Positions 38,404 through 48,368 of a DNA stretch of 64,000 nucleotides are shown piece after piece. The stretch spans positions 5,660 to 69,659 of the forward strand of contig CAMJYG010000001.1 in assembly GCA_946409935.1 (NCBI GenBank), written 5' to 3'. The DNA comes from an uncultured Clostridium sp. Lineage in GTDB: Bacteria > Bacillota > Clostridia > TANB77 > CAG-508. Under the pieces are notes generated by a model that worked only from the letters and a program-made list of their open reading frames with translations, was not told where the DNA came from and did no database searches. The translations under genes were made by a program, and so were the position numbers. The stretch's first letter is position 1. The number at the start of each line of letters is the position of its first letter.

Positions 38404-39039
38404 ATGAAAAAAGGAATTATCGGAAGAAAAATCGGTATGACACAAATCTTTGATGAGAAAGGAAACGTTATCCCAGTAACTGTTATTGAAGCTGGACCAT
38501 GTGTTGTAGCACAAGTAAAAACAGTAGAAACAGATGGATATAACGCTGTTCAATTAGGATTTGGAGAAATAAAAGATAAACATATTAATAAACCAGAAGC
38601 AGGACATTTTGCAAAAGCAAAACTTGCAAACAAAAAACATTTAAGAGAATTTAAATTAGAAAACATTGAAAACTACAAAGTTGGAGATGAAGTAAAAGCT
38701 GATGTATTTGAAGTTGGAGAAAAAATAGATGTTCAAGGTACATCAAAAGGAAAAGGATTCCAAGGTGTTATTAAAAGACATGGACAACACAGAGGACCAA
38801 TGGGACATGGGTCTATGTATCACAGAAGACCAGGTTCAATGGGACCAACATCAACACCAGGTAGAGTATTTAAAGGTAAAAAATTACCAGGACAAATGGG
38901 AAAAGCAACAATTACAATACAAAACCTAGATGTTGTTAGAGTAGATATGGATAAAAATGTATTATTAGTAAAAGGAAGCGTTCCTGGATCAAAAGGAGCT
39001 ATTCTAAAAGTAAAATCAGCTGTAAAGGCTAGCAAATAG
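38404..39039 (+). CDS. rplC: 50S ribosomal protein L3
   Basis: [20 protein letters not shown]. Confidence 0.95.
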   Translation: MKKGIIGRKIGMTQIFDEKGNVIPVTVIEAGPCVVAQVKTVETDGYNAVQLGFGEIKDKHINKPEAGHFAKAKLANKKHLREFKLENIENYKVGDEVKADVFEVGEKIDVQGTSKGKGFQGVIKRHGQHRGPMGHGSMYHRRPGSMGPTSTPGRVFKGKKLPGQMGKATITIQNLDVVRVDMDKNVLLVKGSVPGSKGAILKVKSAVKASK

Positions 39040-39059
39040 AAGGAAGGAGGAAATACAAA

Positions 39060-39683
39060 ATGCCAAAAATAGATGTTTATGATATAAAAGGTAAAAAAGT
39101 TAGTGATTTAGAATTAGCAGATAGTGTATTTGGTATAGAACCAAATGAAAATATTGTTCATGCAGTACTTGTAAATTATCTAGCTAATCAAAGACAAGGT
39201 ACACAAAGTACTAAAACAAGAGCAGAAGTTTCTGGTGGTGGTAAAAAACCTTGGAGACAAAAAGGAACAGGTAGAGCTAGACAAGGAAGTATCAGAGCTC
39301 CACAATGGATTAAAGGTGGTATAGCTTTAGGTCCAAAACCTCGTTCATATAAATACACAGTTAACAAAAAAGAAAGAAGATTGGCAATTAGATCAATTTT
39401 AAGTTCTAAAGTATTAGAAAAAGAATTAACAGTTGTTGATAAATTAGAATTAACAGAAATAAAGACAAAAACAATGGTAAAAGCTTTAGCAGATTTAAAA
39501 GTTGAAGGAAAAACATTAATAATAGTTCCTGAAAGCAATAAAAATGTTTTAATGTCATCAAGAAATATTGAAGGAGTTAAAACAATTACTGCAAACAATA
39601 TCAATGTATTTGATTTATTAAAATATACAAATCTAATTTTACCAGTAGATACTGTTAAAAAATTAGAGGAGGTGTACGCATAA
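39060..39683 (+). CDS. rplD: 50S ribosomal protein L4
   Basis: ..RQGTQSTKTRAEVSGGGKKPWRQKGTGRARQGS... Confidence 0.95.
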   Translation: MPKIDVYDIKGKKVSDLELADSVFGIEPNENIVHAVLVNYLANQRQGTQSTKTRAEVSGGGKKPWRQKGTGRARQGSIRAPQWIKGGIALGPKPRSYKYTVNKKERRLAIRSILSSKVLEKELTVVDKLELTEIKTKTMVKALADLKVEGKTLIIVPESNKNVLMSSRNIEGVKTITANNINVFDLLKYTNLILPVDTVKKLEEVYA

Positions 39684-40030
39684 TGTTACCAGAAGAAATA
39701 ATTATAGCACCTGTTGTTACAGAAAAAAGTAACAACGAATTACAAGAAGGAAAATACACTTTCAAGGTAAATAAAAAAGCAACAAAAATTGAAATAGCAA
39801 AAGCTGTTGAAAAACTTTTTGAAGTAAAAGTATTAAAAGTAAATACAATGACAGTAAGAGGAAAAAGTAAAAGAGTAGGATACCACACAGGAAAAACTTC
39901 AGATTGGAAAAAAGCTATTGTTACAATAGATACAAATCCAGGAGAAGCTACATATTTAGCAAAAGGTGGTAAAACTACAAAGATTTCTAAGAAATATAAG
40001 GATTCTATTGAAGAATTCATGGGCGCTTAG
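39683..40030 (+). CDS. rplW: 50S ribosomal protein L23 (with about 15-20 aa C-terminal extension)
   Basis: ..IIAPVVTEKS..YTFKVNKKATKIEIAKAVEKLF.V.V..VNT. Confidence 0.9.
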   Translation: MLPEEIIIAPVVTEKSNNELQEGKYTFKVNKKATKIEIAKAVEKLFEVKVLKVNTMTVRGKSKRVGYHTGKTSDWKKAIVTIDTNPGEATYLAKGGKTTKISKKYKDSIEEFMGA

Positions 40031-40158
40031 TTAAAACAAATGAAAATCGGCATCTTGCTTCGTTAAACTTCAATTTTAATTTAATCAACGTACAACAGTA
40101 CGTCTCATAAATTAAAATTTCGTTTGCCTTGCAATATACCAATTTTGCTTTGTTTTAA
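40031..40158 (+). repeat. Family C hairpin element (128 bp), starts at the first nt after the rplW stop
   Basis: Inverted-repeat ends TTAAAACAAA/TTTGTTTTAA, loop CAAC GTACAACAGTAC GTCTC (40090-40101 core), arm motifs CTTCGTTAAAC / TCGTTTGCCTTG, and inner perfect pair AATTTTAATTTA/TAAATTAAAATT. Confidence 0.85.
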
Positions 40159-40266
40159 AATATAGAGAGAAGAACATAAAGAATAATTATCGGGAAAGAA
40201 CCCGGAAAATAAAAAATATCTGTTATGCGGAGCAGGAAAAATATCCGTAAATATAATATTTGATTA

Positions 40267-40388
40267 GAAAAACGATCAAAAGCGAGCAGTACTAGGCAAA
40301 TTTTAAAATATTGATGAAACTATACGTTTGTATGTTGAAGAAATATTTTAAAATTTAACGACGTAATGCGAAGGTTTTCATCGTTTTG
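40267..40388 (-). repeat. Family C hairpin element (reverse orientation), abuts the rplB RBS
   Basis: GAAAAACGATCAAAAGC..AAATTTTAAAATATT..ATACGTTTGTAT..AATATTTTAAAATTT..TTTTCATCGTTTTGAG. Its reverse complement carries ACGTCGTTAAA and TTTGCCTAG. Confidence 0.8.
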
Positions 40389-40401
40389 AGAGGAGAAAAG
40401 T

Positions 40402-41223
40402 ATGAAACATTTTAAAGCCTACACCCCATCAAGAAGAAATATGACTGTATCAGATTATTCAGAAATAACAAAGAAAACTCCTGAAAAATCATTACTTGAT
40501 ACAAAAAGAAAAAATGCAGGTAGAAATTCATATGGTAGAATAACTGTAAGACATCAAGGTGGCGGAAACAGACAAAAATATAGAATTATAGATTTCAAAA
40601 GAAGAAAAGATGATATGGAAGCAACTGTAATTGGAATTGAATATGATCCAAACAGAAGTGCTAATATAGCATTAATACAATATGAAGATGGAGAAAAAGC
40701 ATACATATTAGCTCCACAAGGATTAAAAGATGGAGATAAAGTAATTTCTGGAGAAGCTGTAGATATTAAAGCTGGAAATTGTATGCCAATTAGCAATATA
40801 CCAGTTGGTACTTTAATTCACAATATTGAATTAAATCCAAAACAAGGTGGAAAATTAGTTAAAGCTGCTGGACAAAGTGCACAGTTAATGGCTAAAGAAG
40901 GAAAATATGCACATGTAAGATTACCATCAGGAGAAATGAGATTAGTTTTATCAACATGTAGAGCTACTGTAGGAGTTATAGGAAATAGTGATCATGAAAA
41001 TGTTAAATTAGGTAAAGCCGGAAGAAAAAGACATATGGGAATCAGACCAACAGTAAGAGGATCTGTTATGAACCCAGTAGATCACCCTCATGGTGGTGGT
41101 GAAGGTAGAGCTCCAGTAGGACACGCTGGACCATTAACACCTTGGGGTAAACCAGCTCTTGGATATAAAACAAGAAACAAAAAGAAATTATCTAATAAGT
41201 TTATTGTTAAAAGAAGAAAATAA
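40402..41223 (+). CDS. rplB: 50S ribosomal protein L2
   Basis: ..[16 protein letters not shown].. and [14 protein letters not shown]. Confidence 0.95.
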   Translation: MKHFKAYTPSRRNMTVSDYSEITKKTPEKSLLDTKRKNAGRNSYGRITVRHQGGGNRQKYRIIDFKRRKDDMEATVIGIEYDPNRSANIALIQYEDGEKAYILAPQGLKDGDKVISGEAVDIKAGNCMPISNIPVGTLIHNIELNPKQGGKLVKAAGQSAQLMAKEGKYAHVRLPSGEMRLVLSTCRATVGVIGNSDHENVKLGKAGRKRHMGIRPTVRGSVMNPVDHPHGGGEGRAPVGHAGPLTPWGKPALGYKTRNKKKLSNKFIVKRRK

Positions 41224-41313
41224 AAAATATATGCTAATTTTAGTATATTGAAAAAATAAAAGATTCATATAAATGAATTTGTATACCTTATAAGAAAAGG
41301 AGGAAAATTTAAT

Positions 41314-41589
41314 ATGTCAAGAAAAGACAAAAAACCATTTGTAGCACCAGAATTATTAAAGAGAGTGGAAGCTATGAATGAAACAGGAAATAAAGAAGTT
41401 TTTAAAACATGGTCAAGATCTTCAACTATTTATCCACAAATGGTTGGTCATACAATAGCTGTTCATGATGGAAGAAAACATGTTCCAATCTATATAGCAG
41501 AAGAAATGATTGGTCATAAATTAGGTGAATTTGCTCCTACAAGAACATTTAAAGGTCATTCAGGAGACAAAAAAGCTACAGTAAAATAA
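41314..41589 (+). CDS. rpsS: 30S ribosomal protein S19
   Basis: ..[30 protein letters not shown]... Confidence 0.95.
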   Translation: MSRKDKKPFVAPELLKRVEAMNETGNKEVFKTWSRSSTIYPQMVGHTIAVHDGRKHVPIYIAEEMIGHKLGEFAPTRTFKGHSGDKKATVK

Positions 41590-41654
41590 GTGATAAATAG
41601 ATAAAAAAATAGGGGGAATATTCCCCTACCTATTAAAATAAGGAGGGAAATGAA

Positions 41655-42017
41655 GTGCAAGATCAAGAAACAGTTGTTATAAATGAAGCAAAAGCAACTT
41701 TAAAATATGCTAGAATTTCAAGCAGAAAAGTTAAAATTGTAGCAGATTTAATAAGAGGAAAAAATATTGATGAAGCTTTAGCTATTGTTAAATTCACACC
41801 AAAAGCATCATCAGAAATAATTGAAAAATTATTAAAATCAGCAATTGCAAATGCTGAAAACAATCATGATATGAAACATGAAAGATTATATGTTGCTGAA
41901 ATATATGCTAATCAAGGTCCAACATTAAAAAGAATAAGACCAGCAGCAAAAGGTTCAGCTGTAAGAATTAGAAAAAGAACAAGTCATATTACTATAGTTC
42001 TAAAGGAAAGAGATTAA
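41655..42017 (+). CDS. rplV: 50S ribosomal protein L22 (GTG start)
   Basis: ..[29 protein letters not shown]... Confidence 0.9.
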   Translation: MQDQETVVINEAKATLKYARISSRKVKIVADLIRGKNIDEALAIVKFTPKASSEIIEKLLKSAIANAENNHDMKHERLYVAEIYANQGPTLKRIRPAAKGSAVRIRKRTSHITIVLKERD

Positions 42018-42045
42018 AATAAAGAAAAGGAGGCTTAACAAAACC

Positions 42046-42702
42046 ATGGGACAAAAAGTACATCCAACAGGTGTAAGAGTTGGTATAATAAAAGATTGGA
42101 ATTCTAAATGGTATGCAGATTCTAAAAATTTTGCAGATTATTTAATAGAAGACCAAAAAATTCGTAAATTTTTAAAGAAAAAATTATATCTAGCTGGAAT
42201 ATCAAAAATAGAAATTGAAAGAACAGCAAAGTTAGTAAAAGTAAATTTATATACTGCTAAACCAGGAATTGTAATCGGAAAAGGTGGAGCAGAAGTTGAA
42301 AATATAAAAAATGAATTAGTAAAATTAATAGGAAAAGATGCTAATTTAAATATAGTTGAAGTTAAAAACATAGACACAGATGCTCAATTAGTTGCAGAAA
42401 ATATTGCCGGACAATTAGAAAGAAGAATTTCATTTAGAAAAGCAATGAAACAATGTATGCAAAAATCTATGAAATCAGGAGCTTTAGGAATAAAGACTGC
42501 TGTTTCAGGAAGATTAGGTGGAGCTGATATGGCTAGAACTGAATTCTATAAAGAAGGAAATATTCCTTTACAAACTTTAAGAGCTGATATAGATTATGGA
42601 TTTGCTGAAGCAGATACAACTTATGGAAAAATCGGTGTTAAAGTTTGGATATATAAAGGAGAAGTTCTTCCAACGAAGAAAATGGAAGGAGGAGACCAAT
42701 AA
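42046..42702 (+). CDS. rpsC: 30S ribosomal protein S3
   Basis: [24 protein letters not shown]. Confidence 0.95.
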   Translation: MGQKVHPTGVRVGIIKDWNSKWYADSKNFADYLIEDQKIRKFLKKKLYLAGISKIEIERTAKLVKVNLYTAKPGIVIGKGGAEVENIKNELVKLIGKDANLNIVEVKNIDTDAQLVAENIAGQLERRISFRKAMKQCMQKSMKSGALGIKTAVSGRLGGADMARTEFYKEGNIPLQTLRADIDYGFAEADTTYGKIGVKVWIYKGEVLPTKKMEGGDQ

Positions 42703-43145
42703 TGCCATTAATGCCAAAAAGATCAAAATTTAGAAAAATGCAAAAAGGTAGAATGAGAGGAAAAGCAACAAGAGGAAATAAAGTTACAGATGGTGAATAT
42801 GGAATACAAGCTGTAACAGGAGCTTTAGTTACAGGTAACCAAATTGAAGCTGCTCGTATTGCTATGACTCGTTATATAAAAAGAGGTGGAAAAGTTTGGA
42901 TAAAAATCTTTCCAGACAAGCCAATAACTGCAAAACCAATTGGTACTCGTATGGGTAAAGGTAAAGGTGCTCCAGAATATTGGGTAGCAGTAGTTAAGCC
43001 AGGAAGAGTAATGTTTGAAATATCTGGTGTATCAGAAGAAACTGCAAAAGAAGCCTTAAGACTTGCTATGAACAAACTACCTAACAAAACAAAATTTGTA
43101 GCAAGAGAAACTGAAAAGGTAGGTGAAAATGATGAAGATAAATAA
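42702..43145 (+). CDS. rplP: 50S ribosomal protein L16
   Basis: ..[19 protein letters not shown]... Confidence 0.95.
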   Translation: MPLMPKRSKFRKMQKGRMRGKATRGNKVTDGEYGIQAVTGALVTGNQIEAARIAMTRYIKRGGKVWIKIFPDKPITAKPIGTRMGKGKGAPEYWVAVVKPGRVMFEISGVSEETAKEALRLAMNKLPNKTKFVARETEKVGENDEDK

Positions 43146-43335
43146 AATAAGAGAAATGTCTTCACCAGATTTAGAGAAAGAATTAGGTGAACTAAAAACA
43201 GAATTATTTAAATTGAAATTTAGTTTAGCTACAAAAGGATTAGATAATCCAATGAAAATAAAAGAAGTAAAAAAAGATATAGCTAAAATAAACACAGTAT
43301 TAACAGAAAGAAAAATAGCTGAATCAAAAAAATAG
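43123..43335 (+). CDS. rpmC: 50S ribosomal protein L29
   Basis: ..[25 protein letters not shown]... Confidence 0.9.
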   Translation: MKMMKINKIREMSSPDLEKELGELKTELFKLKFSLATKGLDNPMKIKEVKKDIAKINTVLTERKIAESKK

Positions 43336-43350
43336 GAAGGAGAAATCTAA

Positions 43351-43614
43351 ATGGAAGAAAGAAATCTTCGTAAAGTTATGATTGGTACAGTTACATCTAA
43401 TAAAATGGACAAAACAGTTGTAGTTGCTGTTCAAACTAGTGTTAGTCATAAAGTATATGGTAAAACAGTAAAAAGAACATATAAATTAAAAGCTCATGAT
43501 GAGAAAAACGTTTGCCAAATAGGTGATAAAGTTAAAGTAATGGAAACAAGACCACTTTCTAAAGATAAGAGATGGAGAGTTGTTGAAGTTATTGAAAAAG
43601 CTGATGTAAAATAA
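43351..43614 (+). CDS. rpsQ: 30S ribosomal protein S17
   Basis: ..[16 protein letters not shown]....HKVYGK... Confidence 0.95.
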   Translation: MEERNLRKVMIGTVTSNKMDKTVVVAVQTSVSHKVYGKTVKRTYKLKAHDEKNVCQIGDKVKVMETRPLSKDKRWRVVEVIEKADVK

Positions 43615-43653
43615 ATAAAGGTATAAAAGTATAATTTGAAAGGAGAAACCAAA

Positions 43654-44022
43654 ATGATACAACAACAAACAGTATTAAAGGTAGCAGACAACACAGGTGC
43701 TAAAGAAATTATGTGTATCAGATGTTTAGGTGGTTCTTATAGAAAAACATCTAATATAGGAGATATAATAGTTGCTTCAGTTAAATCAGCAACACCAGGT
43801 GGGGTTGTTAAAAAAGGTGATGTTGTAAAAGCTGTTATCGTAAGATCAAAAAGAGGATTAAGAAGATCAGATGGTTCATATATAAAATTTGATGAAAATG
43901 CAGCTGTTATTATAAAAGAAGATGGAACACCAAAGGGAACTCGTATCTTTGGACCAGTTGCAAGAGAGTTAAGAGAAAAAGATTACATGAAGATTTTATC
44001 TCTAGCTCCAGAAGTTCTTTAA
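43654..44022 (+). CDS. rplN: 50S ribosomal protein L14
   Basis: [18 protein letters not shown]. The start follows the AAAGGAGAAA RBS. Confidence 0.95.
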   Translation: MIQQQTVLKVADNTGAKEIMCIRCLGGSYRKTSNIGDIIVASVKSATPGGVVKKGDVVKAVIVRSKRGLRRSDGSYIKFDENAAVIIKEDGTPKGTRIFGPVARELREKDYMKILSLAPEVL

Positions 44023-44024
44023 GC

Positions 44025-44187
44025 TGTTTGCGAAAATGTCTAGCAGACATTTGAGCATTACAGATTAAAGATGCATAGACTTAGAATTTGTTAATGAGTG
44101 CAGCCATTAGGCTGAACGAATTATACAAATTATTAGTCGTAGCTCTTTAAGCAAATAATAGAATAATTAATTGTAGCTTCTTTAAGC
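44025..44187. repeat. Inserted hairpin block in the rplN-rplX spacer, delimited by three direct copies of CTTTAAGC
   Basis: CTTTAAGC occurs at 44017-44024 (overlapping the rplN stop), 44145-44152 and 44180-44187. An 87 nt hairpin TTAAAGATGC..CAGCC ATTA GGCTG..GCTCTTTAAG lies at 44065-44151, and a small hairpin AAATGTC TAGCA GACATTT at 44034-44052. Confidence 0.7.
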
Positions 44188-44278
44188 TAATTACACAAGC
44201 AATTTAAGAAAATATAAATAGTTAATAAAAGAGGCATTACAAAAAGTAATTAAAAATAAGAAAAGGAGGCAATCTCTG

Positions 44279-44587
44279 ATGAAGATAAAAAAAGGAGACA
44301 ATGTTCAAGTTTTATCTGGAAATGATAAAGGAAAAACTGGAGAAGTTCTAGAAGTTATTCCAAAAGAAGATGAAATAATTGTTAAAGGCGTTAATGTTAG
44401 ACAAAAACATGTTAAAGCTAGAAAACAAGGAGACGAGAGTGGAATTATTCCAGTTGAATGTAGCATACCAAGTTCAAAAGTAAACATCGTTTGCTCAAAA
44501 TGTGGTAAAGCTACAAAAATTGGATATAGTATAGAAAAAGATGAAAAAGTACGTGTTTGTAAAAAATGCGGAGCTAAATTAAAATAA
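44279..44587 (+). CDS. rplX: 50S ribosomal protein L24
   Basis: MKIKKGDNVQVLSGNDKGKTGEVL. The C-terminal part is Cys-containing (CSKCGK..CKKCG). Confidence 0.9.
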   Translation: MKIKKGDNVQVLSGNDKGKTGEVLEVIPKEDEIIVKGVNVRQKHVKARKQGDESGIIPVECSIPSSKVNIVCSKCGKATKIGYSIEKDEKVRVCKKCGAKLK

Positions 44588-44613
44588 GAGTAAGAAAGGA
44601 GGATTAAAAAATA

Positions 44614-45153
44614 ATGGAAAAATTAAGAGAACAATATGAAAAAGAAGTAATCCCAGCATTAATGAAAAAATTTCAATATAAATCAGTTATGCAAGTTCCA
44701 AAAATAGATAAAATAGTAATTAATATAGGTTTAGGAGATTTAAAAGAAAATCCTAAAGCATTAGAAAATGCAATGAACGATTTAATGCAAATTACAGGTC
44801 AAAAACCAATTGTAACAAAGGCAAAAAAATCAATTGCTGCATTTAAATTAAGAGAAGGTGTTAACATAGGTTGTAAAGTAACATTAAGAAAAGATAAAAT
44901 GTATGATTTTGCTTACAAACTATTTAATGTAGCACTTCCAAGAGTAAGAGACTTTAGAGGTGTATCAGCAAATTCTTTTGATGGTAGAGGAAATTATTCA
45001 ATGGGTGTAAAAGAACAATTAATATTCCCTGAAATTGAATACGATAAAGTAGATAAATTAAGAGGAATGGATATTATATTTGTAACAACAGCTGAAACTG
45101 ATGAAGAAGCTAAAGAGTTGTTAACATTATTAGGAATGCCATTCAAAAATTAA
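44614..45153 (+). CDS. rplE: 50S ribosomal protein L5
   Basis: ..[17 protein letters not shown]... Confidence 0.95.
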   Translation: MEKLREQYEKEVIPALMKKFQYKSVMQVPKIDKIVINIGLGDLKENPKALENAMNDLMQITGQKPIVTKAKKSIAAFKLREGVNIGCKVTLRKDKMYDFAYKLFNVALPRVRDFRGVSANSFDGRGNYSMGVKEQLIFPEIEYDKVDKLRGMDIIFVTTAETDEEAKELLTLLGMPFKN

Positions 45154-45196
45154 TTTTCATAATTTGTAAATTTAGTCAAAGGAAAGGAGTAAAACT

Positions 45197-45382
45197 ATGG
45201 CTAAAAAGTCAATGAAAGTAAAACAAGCTAGACCACAAAAATATAAAACTAGAGAATATAACAGATGTAAATTATGTGGAAGACCACATAGCTATATTAG
45301 AAAATATGGTATATGCCGTGTGTGCTTTAGAGAATTAGCACATAAGGGTGAAATACCAGGTGTTAAGAAGGCAAGCTGGTAG
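45197..45382 (+). CDS. rpsN: 30S ribosomal protein S14 type Z (zinc-binding)
   Basis: 61 aa with [23 protein letters not shown]. Confidence 0.95.
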   Translation: MAKKSMKVKQARPQKYKTREYNRCKLCGRPHSYIRKYGICRVCFRELAHKGEIPGVKKASW

Positions 45383-45497
45383 AATTTTAATGAAAATCAG
45401 TAATCTGCACATTTTCAATAATTATCCCAAACTTATAGTACGTCATCAGCTTGTGCTAATTATTAAAAATTCACATCTTACTGCTTTTGATTAAAAT
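45383..45497. repeat. Hairpin element (family C-like) filling the first half of the rpsN-rpsH spacer
   Basis: AATTTTAATGAAAATCAGTAATCTG..AATAATTA.. pairs with ..TAATTATT..CTTACTGCTTTTGATTAAAATT. It starts at the first nt after the rpsN stop. Confidence 0.7.
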
Positions 45498-45640
45498 TAA
45501 TATAATCAATTGAAAATGTTAATCATAACAATTTGAAATAATTTTGATTTAAATATAGGAGTATATAATATTTATTTATAAATATTTAAATATCAAAGTA
45601 AACATAAATAAAAATTTTAAAAAAGGAGGTTAGTAATTAA

Positions 45641-46039
45641 ATGAACATTACAGATCCAATCGCAGATATGTTAACAAGAATTAGAAACGCAAATAGTTCT
45701 AAACATAAAACAGTTGATGTTCCTTCTTCAAATATGAAATTAGGAATAGCTGAAATTTTATTTAGAGAAGGATATATAAAATCTTTTGAAGAAATTAAGG
45801 ATGATACTCAAGGAATCATAAGAATTACTTTAAAATATGATGAAAAAGGTACTAGAGTAATTGATGGATTAAAGAGAATTAGTAAACCTGGATTAAGAGT
45901 TTATGCTTCAAAAGAAGATTTACCAAAAGTATTAAATGGACTAGGTATAGCTATTATTTCTACATCTAAAGGATTGAAAACAGATAAAGAAGCAAGAGAA
46001 TTAGGAATTGGTGGAGAAGTATTAGCATACGTTTGGTAA
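45641..46039 (+). CDS. rpsH: 30S ribosomal protein S8
   Basis: [17 protein letters not shown]. Confidence 0.95.
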   Translation: MNITDPIADMLTRIRNANSSKHKTVDVPSSNMKLGIAEILFREGYIKSFEEIKDDTQGIIRITLKYDEKGTRVIDGLKRISKPGLRVYASKEDLPKVLNGLGIAIISTSKGLKTDKEARELGIGGEVLAYVW

Positions 46040-46054
46040 AATTTAATAAAATTA

Positions 46055-46140
46055 ATCATTTTGTATTGTATTACAATTATTAGATTTGTCGCATAAAAAG
46101 TACGCCCTTATTCTAGTTAATTGTATAAAATGAACAATAT
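46055..46140. repeat. Degenerate family C-like hairpin in the rpsH-rplF spacer
   Basis: Core GTCGCATAAAAAGTACGCCC (46088-46107) is flanked by partially complementary arms (GTATTACAATTATTAG / CTAGTTAATTGTATAA). Confidence 0.45.
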
Positions 46141-46201
46141 AATAAATTTTACTGAATTTAAAAAATTGAAATAATAATAAAGATAAGGAGGAAAACCTAG
46201 A

Positions 46202-46738
46202 ATGTCAAGAATAGGAAATAAGGTTATTTCAGTACCAGCTGGAGTTGAAGTAAAAATTGACGGACAAAAAATTACTGTAAAAGGCCCAAAAGGTACATTA
46301 GAAAGAGAAGTACATAAAAATATTTCTTTAGAAATGAATGAAAATACAATTAAAGTTATTAGAAAAGACAACGAACCTTCTAATAGAAGTTTACACGGTT
46401 TAACTAGATCTCTAATTAACAATATGATAATAGGTGTAACAGAAGAATTTAGTAAAGAATTACAAATTAATGGTGTTGGTTACAGAGTAGCAAAACAAGG
46501 AAATAATTTGAATTTAACATTAGGATATTCTCATCCTGTTATTTTTGAAGCACCTGCAGGTATTTCTTTTGATGTTCCTAATCCTAACACAATTATAGTT
46601 AAAGGAATTGATAAAGAATTAGTTGGTCAAACAGCAGCAGTTATTAGAACAACAAGACCACCTGAAGTATATAGAGGTAAAGGTATTAAATATGCTGATG
46701 AGCTTATTAGACGTAAGGAAGGTAAAACAGGCAAGTAA
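46202..46738 (+). CDS. rplF: 50S ribosomal protein L6
   Basis: MSRIGNKVISVPAGVEVKIDGQKITVKGPKG. Confidence 0.95.
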   Translation: MSRIGNKVISVPAGVEVKIDGQKITVKGPKGTLEREVHKNISLEMNENTIKVIRKDNEPSNRSLHGLTRSLINNMIIGVTEEFSKELQINGVGYRVAKQGNNLNLTLGYSHPVIFEAPAGISFDVPNPNTIIVKGIDKELVGQTAAVIRTTRPPEVYRGKGIKYADELIRRKEGKTGK

Positions 46739-46860
46739 TTTGAAAAATAATTGCGTTTTGGCGTTGTTAAATTGCGTTCGAAAATCCTGCGACGTACAAG
46801 TAGTACGCCTCGGATTATTCTCACTTATTTGCCTAGCCAAAAGCACAATTCTTTTCCAAA
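46739..46860 (+). repeat. Family C hairpin element in the rplF-rplR spacer
   Basis: Loop GCGAC GTACAAGTAGTAC GCCTCGG (46794-46806 core), arm motifs GGCGTTGTTAAATTGCG / TTATTTGCCTAGCC, and ends TTTGAAAAATAATTG / CAATTCTTTTCCAAA. It starts right after the rplF stop. Confidence 0.8.
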
Positions 46861-46923
46861 TTGAATATATGGAATTCGTATAAGTTTAAATAAATCATTT
46901 TAGAATGAGAAAGGAGTAAAGTC

Positions 46924-47283
46924 ATGGTTAAGAAAACAGATAGAGAAATGGAAAGAAGAAGAAGACATATTCGTGTTAGAAGAAAAATATCTGGAACAGC
47001 TGAAAGACCAAGATTATGCGTATATAGAAGTAATACTAACTTATATGTACAAATTATCGATGATGTTGCAGGTAATACATTAGTATCAGCTTCAACATTA
47101 GATAAAGAAATAAAAACAAAACATGCAAACAAAGAAGCTGCTAAAGAAGTTGGAGCATTAATTGCAAAAAGAGCAGCTGATAAGAAGATAGAATCAGTAG
47201 TTTTTGATCGTGGTGGATATATCTATCATGGTGTAGTTAAAGAATTAGCTGAAGCTGCAAGAGAAGGCGGACTTAAGTTCTAA
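46924..47283 (+). CDS. rplR: 50S ribosomal protein L18
   Basis: ..[33 protein letters not shown]... Confidence 0.95.
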   Translation: MVKKTDREMERRRRHIRVRRKISGTAERPRLCVYRSNTNLYVQIIDDVAGNTLVSASTLDKEIKTKHANKEAAKEVGALIAKRAADKKIESVVFDRGGYIYHGVVKELAEAAREGGLKF

Positions 47284-47406
47284 TAGTTTATAAACTATTG
47301 TAATATGTCAGTATTGATTTAAAAATAATCAATGATTTTTTATAAAATTGACAAGATAAAATGAAAATTTTCTAAAATTAAAAAAAGGAGGAAAAAACAA
47401 AACCTT

Positions 47407-47892
47407 ATGGAAGAAAAAAATGAATTAAAAGAAAAAGTTGTTGCTATAAACAGAGTTGCTAAAGTTGTAAAAGGTGGTAGAACTTTTAGATTTAGTGCTG
47501 TAGTTGTAGTTGGCGATGAAAATGGTCGCGTAGGTGTAGGTAACGGAAAAGCAGCAGAAGTTCCAGATGCAATCAAAAAAGCTATTCAGGAAGCTAAAAA
47601 GAACTTAGTAGAAGTTCCTGTTGTTAACACAACAGTACCTCATGAATATGTTGGAATTTTTGGAAGTGCAAAAGTTATGTTAAAACCAGCAGCAGTTGGT
47701 ACAGGTATCATAGCTGGAGGAAGTGTTAGACCTGTAATTGAACTTGCTGGATATAAAAACATAAGAACTAAAGTTATTGGAACAAACAATCCAAGAAATG
47801 TTGTATATGCTACAATTGAAGCTCTAAAATCTATGCAAACTGTAGAACAAGTTGCTAAAAAAAGAGGTAAAAAGGTAGAAGATATTTTATAA
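47407..47892 (+). CDS. rpsE: 30S ribosomal protein S5
   Basis: ..[27 protein letters not shown].. . Confidence 0.95.
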   Translation: MEEKNELKEKVVAINRVAKVVKGGRTFRFSAVVVVGDENGRVGVGNGKAAEVPDAIKKAIQEAKKNLVEVPVVNTTVPHEYVGIFGSAKVMLKPAAVGTGIIAGGSVRPVIELAGYKNIRTKVIGTNNPRNVVYATIEALKSMQTVEQVAKKRGKKVEDIL

Positions 47893-47933
47893 ATTTTAAA
47901 AACATATATGAATAAGGAGGTGCAAAGTACAAA

Positions 47934-48368
47934 ATGAAAATAGAAGAATTAAAACCAGCTGTAAGTAAAGTAAAAAGAAATAGAGTAGGACGTGGAATGG
48001 CTTCTGGAAATGGAAAAACATCAGGAAGAGGTCATAAAGGACAAAAAGCAAGATCTGGTGGTGGAGTAAGAAGAGGATTTGAAGGTGGTCAAACTCCATT
48101 ATATAGAAGACTACCAAAAAGAGGATTTACAAACATTCATGCTAAAAATTATACAGAAGTAACATTAAAAATGTTAAGTAAATCAAAAGCAACAGATGTT
48201 ACAGCAGAAACTCTATTAGAAGAAGGTATTATCGGAAAGATAAATGACGGTATAGTTATTTTAGCTACAGGTAAATTAGAGAAAAAATTAAATGTTAAAG
48301 CTAATAGATTTACTGCAAAAGCAAAAGAAGAAATCGAAGCTTTAGGCGGAAAGGCTGAGGTGATTTAA
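47934..48368 (+). CDS. rplO: 50S ribosomal protein L15
   Basis: ..[27 protein letters not shown]... Confidence 0.95.
   Translation: MKIEELKPAVSKVKRNRVGRGMASGNGKTSGRGHKGQKARSGGGVRRGFEGGQTPLYRRLPKRGFTNIHAKNYTEVTLKMLSKSKATDVTAETLLEEGIIGKINDGIVILATGKLEKKLNVKANRFTAKAKEEIEALGGKAEVI

Noticed and set aside
40225-40263. A mini-ORF ATG CGG AGC AGG AAA AAT ATC CGT AAA TAT AAT ATT TGA (12 codons, CGG as codon 2) in the rplW-rplB spacer, considered as a possible CGG-sensing leader peptide.
   Set aside because: There is no Shine-Dalgarno upstream. It lies inside a predicted small hairpin, and it is too short to distinguish from chance.
47340-47380. A promoter-like TTGACA in the rplR-rpsE spacer.
   Set aside because: The -10 candidate (TCTAAAAT) is weak, and chance TTGACA/TATAAT-like strings are frequent in DNA this AT-rich. 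I did not report it as a feature.
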